DNA of 64,000 bases from Clostridia bacterium (GCA_017518415.1 JAFWVC010000060.1:13947-77946); one strand, 5' to 3'. Shown: positions 32,425-43,301, counted from the first letter of the stretch. Numbers and translations: made by a program. The notes: generated by a model not told the origin, from the sequence alone.

Positions 32425-34496
32425 TCCGGCGCGTCGGTCGGCTCGGTGGCGGGCTCTGAGGGATCGGTGGGGTCGGTCAATCCCGTCGGATCCTCCGGGC
32501 CGGTCGGCTCCGTCGGTCCGCCCGCCAGCTCATAGTACATCCAGCTTTCCGGATCGATGGTGCCGTCGACCCCGTTGACGGTGAAGGTCAGATACTTCTG
32601 CGGCGTGCCGCCGTCCACCGATATCTTGATCATGACCGGGTAGCTCGTCTTCTGTTCATGGAAGTTGAGCATGACCGATTTGATCTCATTGGCGATCATG
32701 GCCGAGAAGGTATACTCCTGCTCGGTACGCAGCAGCCCGCCGATAAACACCTGCAGCTGCACGGAAGAATCGTTATCCGGCAACTCGACGTACACGCCGG
32801 AAACATCCTGATACCCGCTGCTGACGTACAGCGTCACCGGCATATCCGGAGTAATCTTTTCCCCTTCCGCCGGCGATTGATCCATCACGATGCCGGCGGT
32901 CTTATAGGTGGGATCAGAGGTGTTCTGATACACTACGTTCGGCGCGCTGATAAAACCGGCCGCCTTCAGGGTGGCGGTCGCCACCTCTGCGCGGGAGTCG
33001 ATCACGCGCGGCACCTCGATCGCCTCCATGCCGCTGCTGACGTAAATGCGCACGTCGCTGCCGACGCTGATGCGTTCGTTGGCCTTCGGCTCGGTACGGA
33101 TGACCTGCCCGATGGGCACGCTGTGGTTGACTTCAAATGTGATCTTGGCCCTCAGTCCGGCCCGGCTGATGGCATTTTCCGCCTCGATCTGGTCGTGCCC
33201 GACGACGTCCGGCACGTTGACCTGCTCTTTGCCGGTGCTCACGTACAGCGTCACGAGCTTGCCCTTCTTGACCGAATGGCCCGCCTGCGGCAGCTGGGAC
33301 ACGACGTACCCGACGGTCACCAGATCGTCGGCGGTCTCTTTCATTTCAAAAGTAAAGTTTTCCGTATAGCGGGGATCATTGATAATCTCCTCATACAGCT
33401 TGCCCTCAAAGTGAGGCACGTCGATCTCATCGACCGCCGTATCGGGGTTGAGGAACTCGGTCGCCAGCAGGATCCCCACGAAGATCAGCGCCACCAGGAT
33501 GCAGGCGCCGGCAATAGCCGCCAGAATCGGCAGCACCGGAATGCCGCGGCTTTCCTCCTCTTCCGGCTCGGACTGGACCGGCCGGGACGGAGCCGGCGCG
33601 ACCGTCTCCACAAAGCGGGTAGGCGTTTCATCCTGAAAATAGGTGTATGCAAAATGAATCGACGGATCCTGCTTGAACTTATCGATATCATGCAGCATCT
33701 CCGCCGCCGACTGATACCGTTTGGCCGGATCCTTCTGCATGGCGCGGATGGTGATGTCCTCGAGCCCTTCCGGGATGTCGGGATTGACCTCGCGCGGCTT
33801 TCTCGGCTCGGATTGCAGCTGCATGATCGCCACCGAAACGGCGTTATCCGCCTCAAAGGGCAGCTGCCCGGTAAGCATTTCGTACATCATCACGCCGACG
33901 GAGTAGATGTCGGCCTTTTCGTCGGTCAATTCCCCGCGGGCCTGCTCCGGGCTGATATAGTGGACCGAACCGATTGCCTGATCGGTCAGCGCCGTCGCCC
34001 GGATATCGGTGCGGGAAAAGCGGGCGATGCCGAAATCCGTCACTTTGATGGTGCCGTCCGGCAGCAGCATGATGTTCTGCGGTTTGATGTCCCGGTGCAC
34101 GATGCCCTTGTCATGGGCGTGCTGCAGGGCCCGCAGGATCTGCACGGTGAAGTGCACGGCCTCTTTCCATTTGACGATGTGCTGCCGGTCAATATACTCC
34201 TTGAGCGTGATGCCGTCGATATATTCCATCACGATATACTGCAGCGCGTCGCCGAAGCCCACGTCCAACACCTTGACGATGTTGGGATGGGACAGAATGG
34301 CGATGGCCTTGGATTCATTCTTGAACCGGCGGATAAAATCCTCGTTGGTCAGAAACTCCTCTTTCAGGATCTTGACGGCCACTACGCGGTCATCCACACT
34401 GTCATACGCACGGTACACGCAGGCCATACCGCCCACGCCGATGATATCCTTGATCACGTACCGTCCGTCCAGACGCTTGCCGATATATTTATCCAT
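32421..34496 (-). CDS. prkC: Ser/Thr protein kinase with PASTA repeats
   Basis: HRDIKPQNIML, DFGIAR and SPEQ kinase motifs. One TM, three PASTA-like repeats, an extra beta domain and a PT/PE-rich tail. Confidence 0.9.
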   Translation of the reverse strand: MDKYIGKRLDGRYVIKDIIGVGGMACVYRAYDSVDDRVVAVKILKEEFLTNEDFIRRFKNESKAIAILSHPNIVKVLDVGFGDALQYIVMEYIDGITLKEYIDRQHIVKWKEAVHFTVQILRALQHAHDKGIVHRDIKPQNIMLLPDGTIKVTDFGIARFSRTDIRATALTDQAIGSVHYISPEQARGELTDEKADIYSVGVMMYEMLTGQLPFEADNAVSVAIMQLQSEPRKPREVNPDIPEGLEDITIRAMQKDPAKRYQSAAEMLHDIDKFKQDPSIHFAYTYFQDETPTRFVETVAPAPSRPVQSEPEEEESRGIPVLPILAAIAGACILVALIFVGILLATEFLNPDTAVDEIDVPHFEGKLYEEIINDPRYTENFTFEMKETADDLVTVGYVVSQLPQAGHSVKKGKLVTLYVSTGKEQVNVPDVVGHDQIEAENAISRAGLRAKITFEVNHSVPIGQVIRTEPKANERISVGSDVRIYVSSGMEAIEVPRVIDSRAEVATATLKAAGFISAPNVVYQNTSDPTYKTAGIVMDQSPAEGEKITPDMPVTLYVSSGYQDVSGVYVELPDNDSSVQLQVFIGGLLRTEQEYTFSAMIANEIKSVMLNFHEQKTSYPVMIKISVDGGTPQKYLTFTVNGVDGTIDPESWMYYELAGGPTEPTGPEDPTGLTDPTDPSEPATEPTDAPE

Positions 34497-34499
34497 GCG

Positions 34500-35243
34500 T
34501 CATGCCTCCTGTCCGTTGTTGGTCAGATAAACCACGGTGATATTATCGCCCCCGCCGTTCCGGTTGGCTGCTGCAATCAGCTTGTCCGGCACGTAATCGG
34601 GCTGGTTGTCGGTTAATATTTCCTGTATGTCCTGCGCGCCGAGCATGTTGGTCAATCCGTCGGTACAAAGCAGCAATCCGTCGCCCTTGCGCAGCGGCTG
34701 GATCAGATAACCCGCCTGAATGTCGTCGGTCACGCCGAGTGCCTTGGTAATAAAGTTCTTGCGGGGATGGCTGCGGGCTTCTTCTTCCGTCAGCTGCCCT
34801 TTATCCACCATTTCCTGTACGATGGAGTCATCCCGCGTCAGCTGCTGCAGAACTCCGCCGGTATACAGATAGGCCCGGCTGTCCCCTGCGTGCGTGATCA
34901 CGGCGTGTGCGTCGTCCGCTACTGCCACCACCGCTGTGGTGCCCATGCCCTGCAGCGCGGCGTCGTTCTGCGCCGCGTCGTATATCTCGATATTGGCGGC
35001 TGCCATCGTCGCCTCCAGCAGATTGAGCAGCGAGGAATCCTCCATGCCGGGACGGAACCCTTCCACCAGCCGGCCGGAGATCACGCGCACGGCCAGCGCA
35101 CTCGCGACGTTGCCGCCGTTGGCGCCGCCCATCCCGTCGCACACCACGGCGAAACGCACCGTGTCCGACAGTTGACCGCACACAAACGCGTCCTGATTAT
35201 TCGGCCGCACACGGCCGGTATCCGTCCTGCCGAAAATGTTCAT
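34500..35243 (-). CDS. stp: PP2C-family Ser/Thr phosphatase
   Basis: GRVRPNNQDAF, DGMGGANGG and LLLCTDGL motifs. Confidence 0.9.
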   Translation of the reverse strand: MNIFGRTDTGRVRPNNQDAFVCGQLSDTVRFAVVCDGMGGANGGNVASALAVRVISGRLVEGFRPGMEDSSLLNLLEATMAAANIEIYDAAQNDAALQGMGTTAVVAVADDAHAVITHAGDSRAYLYTGGVLQQLTRDDSIVQEMVDKGQLTEEEARSHPRKNFITKALGVTDDIQAGYLIQPLRKGDGLLLCTDGLTNMLGAQDIQEILTDNQPDYVPDKLIAAANRNGGGDNITVVYLTNNGQEA

Positions 35244-36283
35244 TGGCTTTCCCTCTTTTCCGCCTGCAGACGGCGTCTGAGCTGCCCGCAGGATGCCTCT
35301 ATATCAGCGCCAAGCGTCCGGCGCACCGTTGTCACAATACCTTTGCTTTCCAGCACTTTGGTAAAGGCGGCGATGCGCTGCCGGCTGCTGGCGCGCCACG
35401 GCGTGCCCTCCACGGTATTGATGGGAATCAGGTTGACGTGGCACAGCATGCCGCGCAGGCGGGCCGCCAGTTCGGCCGCGCAGGCGTCGGTGTCATTCAC
35501 ACCGTCGATCATTGCGTATTCGAACGAGATGCGCCGCCCGGTCTCCTCGGCGTAAGCCCGGCAGGCGGTCAGCAGCGTTTCGACCGGCCATTTGCGGTTG
35601 ACCGGCATCAGCCGGTCGCGGATAGCGTTGTTCGGTGCGTGCAGCGAAACCGACAGCGTCAGCTGATAGCGGCGCTGCATAAGCTGTTCGATCCGGTCCA
35701 CCAGACCACACGTGGAAAGCGAAATGTGCCGCATACCGATCTGCACGCCGCCCGGCTCCGCCAACCGGTCCAGAAAAGCGACCACGTGATCGTAATTGTC
35801 CAGCGGCTCCCCCATACCCATGAGTACCACCGACGACACGCGCACGCCGTGGTCGGCCTGAGCGGTCTCGATTTCGGAGAGCATCTCTCCCGCCGTCAGG
35901 TTGCGGCGCCACCCGTCCCTGCCGGTTGCGCAGAAAGCGCAGCCCATCCGGCAGCCGGCCTGGGTGGAAATACACTGGGACCAGCCGTGCCGGTACTGCA
36001 TGAGCACCGATTCGATCCGCTCCCCGTCGGCCAGCAGAAAACCGTATTTGACGGTCCCGTCCGCTGCAGAGACGTATTTTTTCTCCACCGTCACACCGGC
36101 CAGGCTGTACCGCTCAGCCAACTGCTGCCGCAGCGCGGCCGGCAGATTGCTCATCTGCCCGAAATCCGCCCCTTTTTGCAGCCAGTCGACGACCTGCCTG
36201 GCGCGCCAGGCGGGCCATTCGGGCTGCAATTGCGCGGCCAGTTGTTCCACGGTCATCGCGCGGATATCCGGTTTGGCGTTCAA
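35240..36283 (-). CDS. rlmN: 23S rRNA (adenine2503-C2)-methyltransferase, radical SAM
   Basis: CRMGCAFCATG radical-SAM motif. Probable TTG start at 36283 overlapping the rsmB stop (GGAGAG 6 nt upstream). The N-terminus KPDIRAMTVEQLAAQL resembles RlmN N-termini. Confidence 0.85.
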   Translation of the reverse strand: MNAKPDIRAMTVEQLAAQLQPEWPAWRARQVVDWLQKGADFGQMSNLPAALRQQLAERYSLAGVTVEKKYVSAADGTVKYGFLLADGERIESVLMQYRHGWSQCISTQAGCRMGCAFCATGRDGWRRNLTAGEMLSEIETAQADHGVRVSSVVLMGMGEPLDNYDHVVAFLDRLAEPGGVQIGMRHISLSTCGLVDRIEQLMQRRYQLTLSVSLHAPNNAIRDRLMPVNRKWPVETLLTACRAYAEETGRRISFEYAMIDGVNDTDACAAELAARLRGMLCHVNLIPINTVEGTPWRASSRQRIAAFTKVLESKGIVTTVRRTLGADIEASCGQLRRRLQAEKRESQ

Positions 36284-37626
36284 ACAGATCTCTCCTTCGT
36301 AAACCCTGCGATAAAGAACCCGTCTGTCCCGTGCAGGTGCGGGAACAGCGTGATCCGGTCTGCCGGCGGCAGCCCGGCCGCCGTAAAGCACGGCGCGATC
36401 GGCAACAGCCGCGGCACAAAATCCGGCCGCAGGGCCAGGAAGCGGTCGACCACCTGCTCGTTCTCCGGCGGGTGCAGCGTGCAGGTGGAATATTGCAGCA
36501 CCCCGCCCGGCCGGACCATCTCCGCCGCTTGCAGCAGAATCTGCAGCTGCGTCTCCGGCAGGCCGGCGAACTCCGCCGGCTTCTTATACCGGATCTCCGG
36601 CTTGCGGCGGATCACGCCGGTGCCCGAACAGGGCACGTCGCACAGAACCCGGTCAAACGCCTGCCGCCACGCCTCCGGCGCCGGCGTACAAGCGTCCCGG
36701 CAAACCGTCTCGATACAGTCCGCCCCGTAGCGGGCGGCCCGCTGCCGCAGCAGGCGGCATTTATGCTCGTACAAATCGCAGGCGACGATATGTCCGCGCC
36801 CCTGCATCCGCCCGGCCAGCGTCAGCGCTTTGCCGCCGGGCGCCGCGCACACGTCGGCCACCCGGTCGCCCGGCTGCGCGTCGAGCGCCGCACAATCCCA
36901 CTGCGAAGCGGTATCTTGATAATAATACCAGTTTTGCGGTATTTTTGCAAGTTCTTTTATGCCGGCCTCCGGCGGCAGTACCAGACAATCCTGCAGCTGC
37001 GGATGCCGCGTGAACGGCACGCCTGCCTGTGCCAGCCGGTCCGGCAGCTGCCGGGCCTCCGGTACCAGCGTATTGAGCCGCAGCACCGCCGGAGCGGGCT
37101 GCTCCAGCGACAGCAGATACTGCTCCGTCGCCTGCTCCCCGTATTGCCGCTGCCATACCGTAATCCATTCCTCCGGGCAGGAGTACCGCACAGCCAGCCC
37201 GGCCGGGCCTTCCGGCCAGACCTGCGGCCAACGGATACCGGCCCGCAGTACCGCCCGCAGCACGCCGTTGACAAACCCGGCAGCCGATGTCTTGCCCAGT
37301 GCGCGGCATTGTTCTGCCGCCTGATAGACGACGGCCGCCGGCGGGATCCGGTCCATATAGTAAAGCTGATACATCGCCGCCCGCAGCACGTTGCGCACCG
37401 GCAGATCGAGCTTGTCCAGCGGCTTGCGGCAGTACGGCGCCAGCAGAAAATCCAGCGTCATGCGGTGTTCCAGCACACCGTACAGCAGGCGGGTGATCAG
37501 CGCCGCGTCCGCATCGGACCACGCCCCGTGCGACAGCATCTGTTCCAGCAGAATATGGGAATATCCCCCGTCCTGCTCCTGCCGGCACAAGGCCTTGACG
37601 GCGGCGGTGCGCGCATCCGGCTTCAT
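36280..37626 (-). CDS. rsmB: 16S rRNA (cytosine967-C5)-methyltransferase
   Basis: N-terminal NusB-like domain, DVCAAPGGK SAM motif, and DVPCSG and YSTCT catalytic Cys motifs. Confidence 0.85.
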   Translation of the reverse strand: MKPDARTAAVKALCRQEQDGGYSHILLEQMLSHGAWSDADAALITRLLYGVLEHRMTLDFLLAPYCRKPLDKLDLPVRNVLRAAMYQLYYMDRIPPAAVVYQAAEQCRALGKTSAAGFVNGVLRAVLRAGIRWPQVWPEGPAGLAVRYSCPEEWITVWQRQYGEQATEQYLLSLEQPAPAVLRLNTLVPEARQLPDRLAQAGVPFTRHPQLQDCLVLPPEAGIKELAKIPQNWYYYQDTASQWDCAALDAQPGDRVADVCAAPGGKALTLAGRMQGRGHIVACDLYEHKCRLLRQRAARYGADCIETVCRDACTPAPEAWRQAFDRVLCDVPCSGTGVIRRKPEIRYKKPAEFAGLPETQLQILLQAAEMVRPGGVLQYSTCTLHPPENEQVVDRFLALRPDFVPRLLPIAPCFTAAGLPPADRITLFPHLHGTDGFFIAGFTKERSV

Positions 37627-38342
37627 CGGCGGCGGCCCCTGCCGCTGACCAGCAGCAACAGCCGCAGCAGCTGCGCGAGCAACACGGCCAGCGCGCCCAC
37701 ATAGGTCAGCGCAGCGGCCGTCAGCACCTTTTTCACGCCCCTGATCTCCTCATCGGTCAGCATCCGGCTGGCCTGCAAAGCCCGCACGGCGCGGGCGGAA
37801 GCGTTGAACTCCACCGGCAGCGTCACAATCTGGAACAGGGTCGATACGGAAAACAGCGCAACCCCCAGCCAGATCAGCCCCGGCAGTGACAGAAAAATCC
37901 CGAGCAACAGCAGGACCGGCGTGATCGTGGCGGCGAACTGAGTCGGCTTGACCATGGCGGTACGCACCCGGATCGGCGTATATGCCTGCGCGTGTTGCAG
38001 CGCGTGCCCGGTCTCGTGCGCCGCCACCCCGACGGCCGCCACGGTACTGCGGGCATAGACCGGTTCCGAAAGGAACACGGCGTTGGACGACGGATCATAG
38101 TAGTCGGTCAGTTCCCCGGCCGTCGTCGTCACCGGCACCGACAGGCCGTTGGCCCGCTGGATCAGCAGCGACGCCTGCTCGCCCGTCAGGCCGCTTTGTA
38201 CCTGCACGTTGCTGTACCGGTGAAAGGTGCTTTTGACCTTGAACTGCGCCCACAGTGACAGCAGAAGCGCCGGCAGCACAAACAAGATATACGTGCCGTA
38301 CCCGCTGGACAGCAGCGTATCCCATATTCTGTCCCAATCCAT
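37623..38342 (-). CDS. membrane zinc metallopeptidase (Zn_peptidase_2-like)
   Basis: HETGHALQH zincin motif and several TM helices. Confidence 0.8.
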   Translation of the reverse strand: MDWDRIWDTLLSSGYGTYILFVLPALLLSLWAQFKVKSTFHRYSNVQVQSGLTGEQASLLIQRANGLSVPVTTTAGELTDYYDPSSNAVFLSEPVYARSTVAAVGVAAHETGHALQHAQAYTPIRVRTAMVKPTQFAATITPVLLLLGIFLSLPGLIWLGVALFSVSTLFQIVTLPVEFNASARAVRALQASRMLTDEEIRGVKKVLTAAALTYVGALAVLLAQLLRLLLLVSGRGRRR

Positions 38343-38346
38343 CGGA

Positions 38347-39282
38347 TCAAAACTCCTTTTCCGCGAGGATCTGCCCCGCCTTCAGCGGGTGCCCGCACAG
38401 GAAAGCCGCCGCCGGCATCCGTTTGCCGCCATCCGGCTGTACTTCCAGCAGTTCCAGGCCCGTTCCGTCTCCGCAGACGACGGTCAGCGGGGAGGTACTT
38501 GCCACCGTGCCCGGCCGGCCTTTGACCGGGCCGCCTGCCGCCGTGCGGTATATCTTGACCGGCAGCCCGGCCATCACGGTACGGGCGACCGGCGCGGGGT
38601 TGAGCCCCCGCACCTGATTGTGAAGCTGCTGCGCCGGCAGCGCCCAATTCAACTCCGCTTCCTGCTTGGTCAGCATCGGCGCATAAGTGGCCAGCGCGTC
38701 GTCCTGCGGGGTACCGGGCAGCCGCCCGGCCTGCCGTTCATCAAGGGTGCGCAGCAGCAGCTGCGCCCCGATATCGGCCAGTTTGTCAAACAATTCGCCC
38801 GCCGTCATATCCGGCGGAATCGGGCAGGCGGCCGTCAGCAGGATCGCGCCGGTATCCATGCCCTTATCCATCAGCATCGTCGTAATGCCGGACTGCGTTT
38901 CCCCGTTGAGTACCGCCCGCTGCACGGGCGCCGCCCCGCGGTAACGCGGCAGCAGCGAACCGTGAACGTTGATGCAGCCCAGCGGCGGAATATCCAGCAC
39001 AGCCTGCGGCAGGATGCGGCCGTACGCCGCCACGACAATGGCGTCCGGCTGCTCGGCCCGGATGGCGTCCTGCACCGCCGGGTCTTTCAGCGTCAGCGGC
39101 TGCATCACCGGCACGCCGGCGGCCAGCGCCGCCTGCTTGACCGGCGGAAATTGTACTTTATTGCCGCGCCCCTTCGGTTTGTCGGGCTGCGTGACGGCCA
39201 GCGTCACCCGATGGCCGGCTTGCAGCAGCGCCTGCAGGGAGCGCACCGCAAAATCCGGCGTGCCCATAAACACGATACGCAA
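38347..39282 (-). CDS. fmt: methionyl-tRNA formyltransferase
   Basis: MRIVFMGTPDFAV and HGSLLPRYRGAAP motifs. Confidence 0.9.
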   Translation of the reverse strand: MRIVFMGTPDFAVRSLQALLQAGHRVTLAVTQPDKPKGRGNKVQFPPVKQAALAAGVPVMQPLTLKDPAVQDAIRAEQPDAIVVAAYGRILPQAVLDIPPLGCINVHGSLLPRYRGAAPVQRAVLNGETQSGITTMLMDKGMDTGAILLTAACPIPPDMTAGELFDKLADIGAQLLLRTLDERQAGRLPGTPQDDALATYAPMLTKQEAELNWALPAQQLHNQVRGLNPAPVARTVMAGLPVKIYRTAAGGPVKGRPGTVASTSPLTVVCGDGTGLELLEVQPDGGKRMPAAAFLCGHPLKAGQILAEKEF

Positions 39283-39294
39283 GCCGATCCCTCC

Positions 39295-39750
39295 TTACGC
39301 CTCGTCTACCATCCGGATCACGTGTTCGGTAAACAGCACGCCGTCCAGATGATCCTTTTCATGACAAATGCAGCGGGCCAGCAGATCGCTGCCGTGCAGA
39401 TAATACCACTTGCCGTTGCGGTCCTGCGCTTTCAGGCGCACCCGGCGCGGCCGGCGCGTCACGCCCCATTTGCCCGGGCAGGACAGGCAGCCTTCGGTTT
39501 CCTCCTGTATTCCCTTGGCATCCACGATCTCGGGGTTGACCGCCTCGTAATGCTTACCGTCGATGTCCATGATGAATACGCGGCGCAGCACGCCTACCTG
39601 CGGCGCGGCCAGGCCGACGCCGCCGGCTTTTTGCAGGGTCTGCTCCATATCGTCCAGCAGCTGCCAAAGCCGCTCGTTGAACTCGGTCACCGGCCGTGAA
39701 ACTTTAGTCAGCACCGGGTCTCCCTCTTTGACAATATTGCGGATCGCCAT
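39295..39750 (-). CDS. def: peptide deformylase
   Basis: GVGLAAPQVG, EGCLS and HEKDHLDG motifs. Confidence 0.9.
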   Translation of the reverse strand: MAIRNIVKEGDPVLTKVSRPVTEFNERLWQLLDDMEQTLQKAGGVGLAAPQVGVLRRVFIMDIDGKHYEAVNPEIVDAKGIQEETEGCLSCPGKWGVTRRPRRVRLKAQDRNGKWYYLHGSDLLARCICHEKDHLDGVLFTEHVIRMVDEA

Positions 39751-39762
39751 ATACAGGCCTCC

Positions 39763-42189
39763 TTACAAAATATCGGCGGGATTGATATCCGCCGTCACGG
39801 CCGTACCGCGGCCCTCCGGCTGCGCCGCAAAGGTTTGCAGCAACCCCCGTATCATCTCCCGCAGGCGGGAGGAATTGCGTGTTTTCACAATGATCTTGTA
39901 GCGGTACCGCCCGGCCACCCGCAGCACCGAAGCCGGTACCGGATCGAGCGCGATCATCGGGATGCCGGCGTACGGGCCCTGCACGGCCGTGCGCAGCAGT
40001 TCCAGAAACCGGCGGGCGGCAGACTGCACCGCCTGCTCCTTTTCGCCGGAAAAGGCAAACTGGCACAAATCCGAAAACGGCGGATATTTGATCATCCGCC
40101 GGGTCGCGACCTCAGTCTCGTAAAACCGCCAGTAGTCCTGCCGGGCCGCCAGATGGATCACCGGATTTTCCGGCGTATACGTCTGTACTACCGCCAGCCC
40201 CGGCGTCTGCCGGCGGCCGGCGCGGCCGATCACCTGCGTCAGCAGAGAAAAGGCGGTTTCGTAACAACGGTAATCGTCGCCGTACAGCGCCTGATCCGCC
40301 GAAATCACGCCCACCAGCCCCACCTGGGGAAAATCCAGGCCCTTGGCCACCATCTGGGTGCCGATCATCAGCCGGTACTCCCCGGCGGCGAAGGCGGCGA
40401 ACTTTTTTTCATAGGCAAAGCGGGACAGAGTCGTATCGGTATCCATCCGCAGCACCGGTACGCCGGGGAACAACTCCTGCACCTCCTCCTCGAGGCGCTG
40501 GGTCCCGAGGCCGGAATACCGCAGTTTGTCCGACCCGCAATGGGGGCACACCTTTTCCGGCTGCCGCATAGCCCCGCAATAATGGCACATCAGGCGGTGA
40601 TTGGCCCGATGATACGTCATCGAGATGCTGCAAGACGGGCAGGACAGCACGTGCCCGCAACTGCGGCAGGAAATGAAAGTGTTGTACCCGCGCCGGTTGA
40701 GCAGCAGGATTGCCTGCCGGCCCTCGTCCAGGCATTGGCGGATCGCCGCTTCCAGCGTATGGCCGATGCTGCGGCCGGCCTGTTCCTCCGCCCGCATATC
40801 GGCCACCTGCACCTGCGGCAGTACGGCGCTGCCGTACCGGGCGTCCAGCTGATACAGGGTATAGCGGCCGCTGCGGGCGGCGTACGCCGTTTCGACCGAC
40901 GGCGTGGCCGAAGCCAGCAGCAGCAGCGCCCCGTGCTGGACGCAGCGGTATTTGGCCACGTCCCTGGCGTGGTACCGGGGCGACGCTTCGGATTTGTAAG
41001 TGTTTTCCTGCTCTTCGTCCAGCACGATCAGGCCCAGCCGTTCGCATGGGGCGAACACGGCCGACCGGGTGCCGACCACGACGCCGGCATCCCCGCGCTT
41101 GATACGCTTCCACTCATCCATCCGTTCCCCGATGGATAAGGCGCTGTGCAGCACCGCTACCCGGCTGCCGTACCGTGCGTAAAAGGTTTGCAGCATCTGC
41201 GGCGTGAGCGATATTTCCGGCACCAGTACGATGGCCTGCCGGCCTTCTTCCAGCACCCGGTCGATCAGGTTCATATATACCTGCGTTTTGCCGCTGCCGG
41301 TCACACCGTACAACAGCGCCGCCGAGGCTTCCGGCCGCTGCATCTGGGCCAGCAATCCGTCGTACACGGCCTGCTGCGGCCCGCTGAGCGCCGCCGGCGC
41401 CGCCGGCTGTACCGCCGCGTGCCGCTCCGGCATGCGCAGCCTTTCCTCATCGGAACAGACGAGCATGCCCTTGTTCTCCAGCGTTTTGACCACAGCCTGC
41501 GTCACACCGCAAAAGTAGCATATCTCCCGCACGGCTGCCGTGCCGGTTTGTTCCAGCAATTGCAGCACGGCGGCCTGCTTGTCGGTCCATTTTTCCGTTT
41601 GCATACGCTGCTGCGCATCGTCGGAAAGGCGCGCCATGCGCATAGTCGCGTCCCCGGCCCGGCGCAGCGCGTCCTCGTCGCGGCGCAGCGCGCCGGCGGC
41701 CACCGCCTGTTCCGGCAGATCGCCGGCCGGATCCCATCCCATAAGGGCACACAGCTTTTCTCTGGTGCAGCCGGCCCGGCAGCGGCGCACCGCTGCCGCC
41801 GCGCCGCACCATTCCGGCAGACAATCCTCCGGCAGCGGCTGGACAGCGTAATACAGCGGCGTGATGCGCCAGTACAGGCCGGTAGGCAGCATGGCGCGCA
41901 CGGCGTCGAACACGGTGCAGAAGGTCCTCTCTTTCAGCCAGAAGACCAGCTGCATCATCTTCTCATCCAGCAGCGGCTGCGGGTCCAGCACCGAAACGAC
42001 CTCTTTCAGCGCCTTGCCCTCGCCCTCCTGCACCGATACCACGATACCCTGCCGGTAACGGTTTTTTGCGCCGAAAGGCGCCATCACCCGCGCGCCGGGC
42101 AGCACCGACAGCCCGTCGGGCAGCCGATAACTGTACAGCTTATCAAACGACAGCTGCGTGTGTTCCAGGGCCAGCTGTACGATCCGCAT
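39763..42189 (-). CDS. priA: primosomal replication-restart helicase PriA
   Basis: Walker A GVTGSGKT, DEEQ box and Cys-rich insert CRSCGHVLSCPSCSISMTYH...CHYCG...CPHCG. Confidence 0.9.
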   Translation of the reverse strand: MRIVQLALEHTQLSFDKLYSYRLPDGLSVLPGARVMAPFGAKNRYRQGIVVSVQEGEGKALKEVVSVLDPQPLLDEKMMQLVFWLKERTFCTVFDAVRAMLPTGLYWRITPLYYAVQPLPEDCLPEWCGAAAAVRRCRAGCTREKLCALMGWDPAGDLPEQAVAAGALRRDEDALRRAGDATMRMARLSDDAQQRMQTEKWTDKQAAVLQLLEQTGTAAVREICYFCGVTQAVVKTLENKGMLVCSDEERLRMPERHAAVQPAAPAALSGPQQAVYDGLLAQMQRPEASAALLYGVTGSGKTQVYMNLIDRVLEEGRQAIVLVPEISLTPQMLQTFYARYGSRVAVLHSALSIGERMDEWKRIKRGDAGVVVGTRSAVFAPCERLGLIVLDEEQENTYKSEASPRYHARDVAKYRCVQHGALLLLASATPSVETAYAARSGRYTLYQLDARYGSAVLPQVQVADMRAEEQAGRSIGHTLEAAIRQCLDEGRQAILLLNRRGYNTFISCRSCGHVLSCPSCSISMTYHRANHRLMCHYCGAMRQPEKVCPHCGSDKLRYSGLGTQRLEEEVQELFPGVPVLRMDTDTTLSRFAYEKKFAAFAAGEYRLMIGTQMVAKGLDFPQVGLVGVISADQALYGDDYRCYETAFSLLTQVIGRAGRRQTPGLAVVQTYTPENPVIHLAARQDYWRFYETEVATRRMIKYPPFSDLCQFAFSGEKEQAVQSAARRFLELLRTAVQGPYAGIPMIALDPVPASVLRVAGRYRYKIIVKTRNSSRLREMIRGLLQTFAAQPEGRGTAVTADINPADIL

Positions 42190-42194
42190 GCCGT

Positions 42195-42434
42195 TCAGGT
42201 CTTGTCGGATGCGGCCGCCTGCTCGTCCTCCTGCCGGTCGAACATCATTTTGTAGTCGCCCGAACGGAAGTCGTTGATCGCCAGGCTGACCGGCTTTTCA
42301 ATCAGGATCGTGCCGGATGCCTCGGCGTCGGCGGAGATGTCGCGGGCGCGCTTGGCGACCGCGACCACCACCGCGTAGCGGCTGTTGTTTCCGCGGATCT
42401 GTTCAATGTCTGTGGGTTTCAGCATATCATTCAT
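42195..42434 (-). CDS. rpoZ: DNA-directed RNA polymerase omega subunit
   Basis: ...NSRYAVVVAVAKRARDI... is the core omega motif. Start is ATG 42434 (overlaps the gmk stop) or 42425. Confidence 0.8.
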   Translation of the reverse strand: MNDMLKPTDIEQIRGNNSRYAVVVAVAKRARDISADAEASGTILIEKPVSLAINDFRSGDYKMMFDRQEDEQAAASDKT

Positions 42435-43038
42435 CCTCCCAATCGATACGCGCCCGGCTGTAACGCAGCCGTTCGGCGTCCAAAATAGCATGTATGTCCC
42501 TGACGGCTTTTTCCAGCACGTCGTTGATCACAAAAAACTGATACCGGTGCGCGTGGCTCATTTCCTGCCGGGCGATCGCCAGCCGGCGGGCCATGACGCT
42601 TTCCTCCTCGGTCCCGCGTTTGCGCAGGCGGCGGGCCAGTTCCTGCATGGAAGGCGGCGCCAGAAAGATGGTCACGGCGTCGGCGCCGCTGTCCATGATC
42701 TGCTCGGCGCCCTGCACGTCGATCTCCAGCACGACGTTTCTGCCGGCCAGCAGCTGCCGCTCCACCGCAGCGCGGGGCGTACCGTACAGGTTCCCGTTGT
42801 ATTCGGCGTGTTCAAGCAGTTCGCCGGCGGCGACCATACGCTCGAACGCGTTCCGGTCAATGAAAAAATAGTCCTTCCCGTCGACCTCGCCGGGCCGCGG
42901 CGCGCGCGTCGTAACCGACACAGACATCGCAGTATCGTCCCGCTCGGCCAGCACCTGCGTCATCACCGTGCCTTTTCCGCATCCGGACGGACCGGAATAC
43001 ACGATCAGCGCCCCTTTTGCATCATTCTTCATCTTCAT
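42427..43038 (-). CDS. gmk: guanylate kinase
   Basis: [10 protein letters not shown]-loop, and [17 protein letters not shown]. Confidence 0.9.
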   Translation of the reverse strand: MKMKNDAKGALIVYSGPSGCGKGTVMTQVLAERDDTAMSVSVTTRAPRPGEVDGKDYFFIDRNAFERMVAAGELLEHAEYNGNLYGTPRAAVERQLLAGRNVVLEIDVQGAEQIMDSGADAVTIFLAPPSMQELARRLRKRGTEEESVMARRLAIARQEMSHAHRYQFFVINDVLEKAVRDIHAILDAERLRYSRARIDWEDE

Positions 43039-43297
43039 GGCTCTCCTGCGCGTCGGGGTCGCCGAGGCGGGCGGCCACCGTCTCCGGCTGTACGGCGGAA
43101 AGAATCACGTGCTCGCTGTCGGTAATCAGCACCGAACGCGTGCGGCGGCCGGCCGTCGCATCAATCAGACTGCCGCGCTCGCGGGCCTCCCCCACGATGC
43201 GCTTGATCGGCGCCGCCTCCGGCGCGACGATCGCGATCAGACGGTGGGCGGCCACCATGTTCCCGAACCCGATATTGATCAGTTTCACTTCTGCCAC
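43022..43297 (-). CDS. remA: RemA/DUF370 family regulator
   Basis: [25 protein letters not shown]...[15 protein letters not shown] is typical of RemA. Confidence 0.85.
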   Translation of the reverse strand: MAEVKLINIGFGNMVAAHRLIAIVAPEAAPIKRIVGEARERGSLIDATAGRRTRSVLITDSEHVILSAVQPETVAARLGDPDAQESHEDEE

Positions 43298-43301
43298 CTT
43301 C

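Noticed and set aside
32421-32540. Repetitive GTCGG/CGG-rich DNA at the 3' end of prkC, considered as a tandem repeat element.
   Set aside because: It encodes the in-frame PT/PE-rich low-complexity tail of the kinase (GGPTEPTGPEDPTGLTDPTDPSEPATEPTDAPE), so it is not an independent repeat feature.
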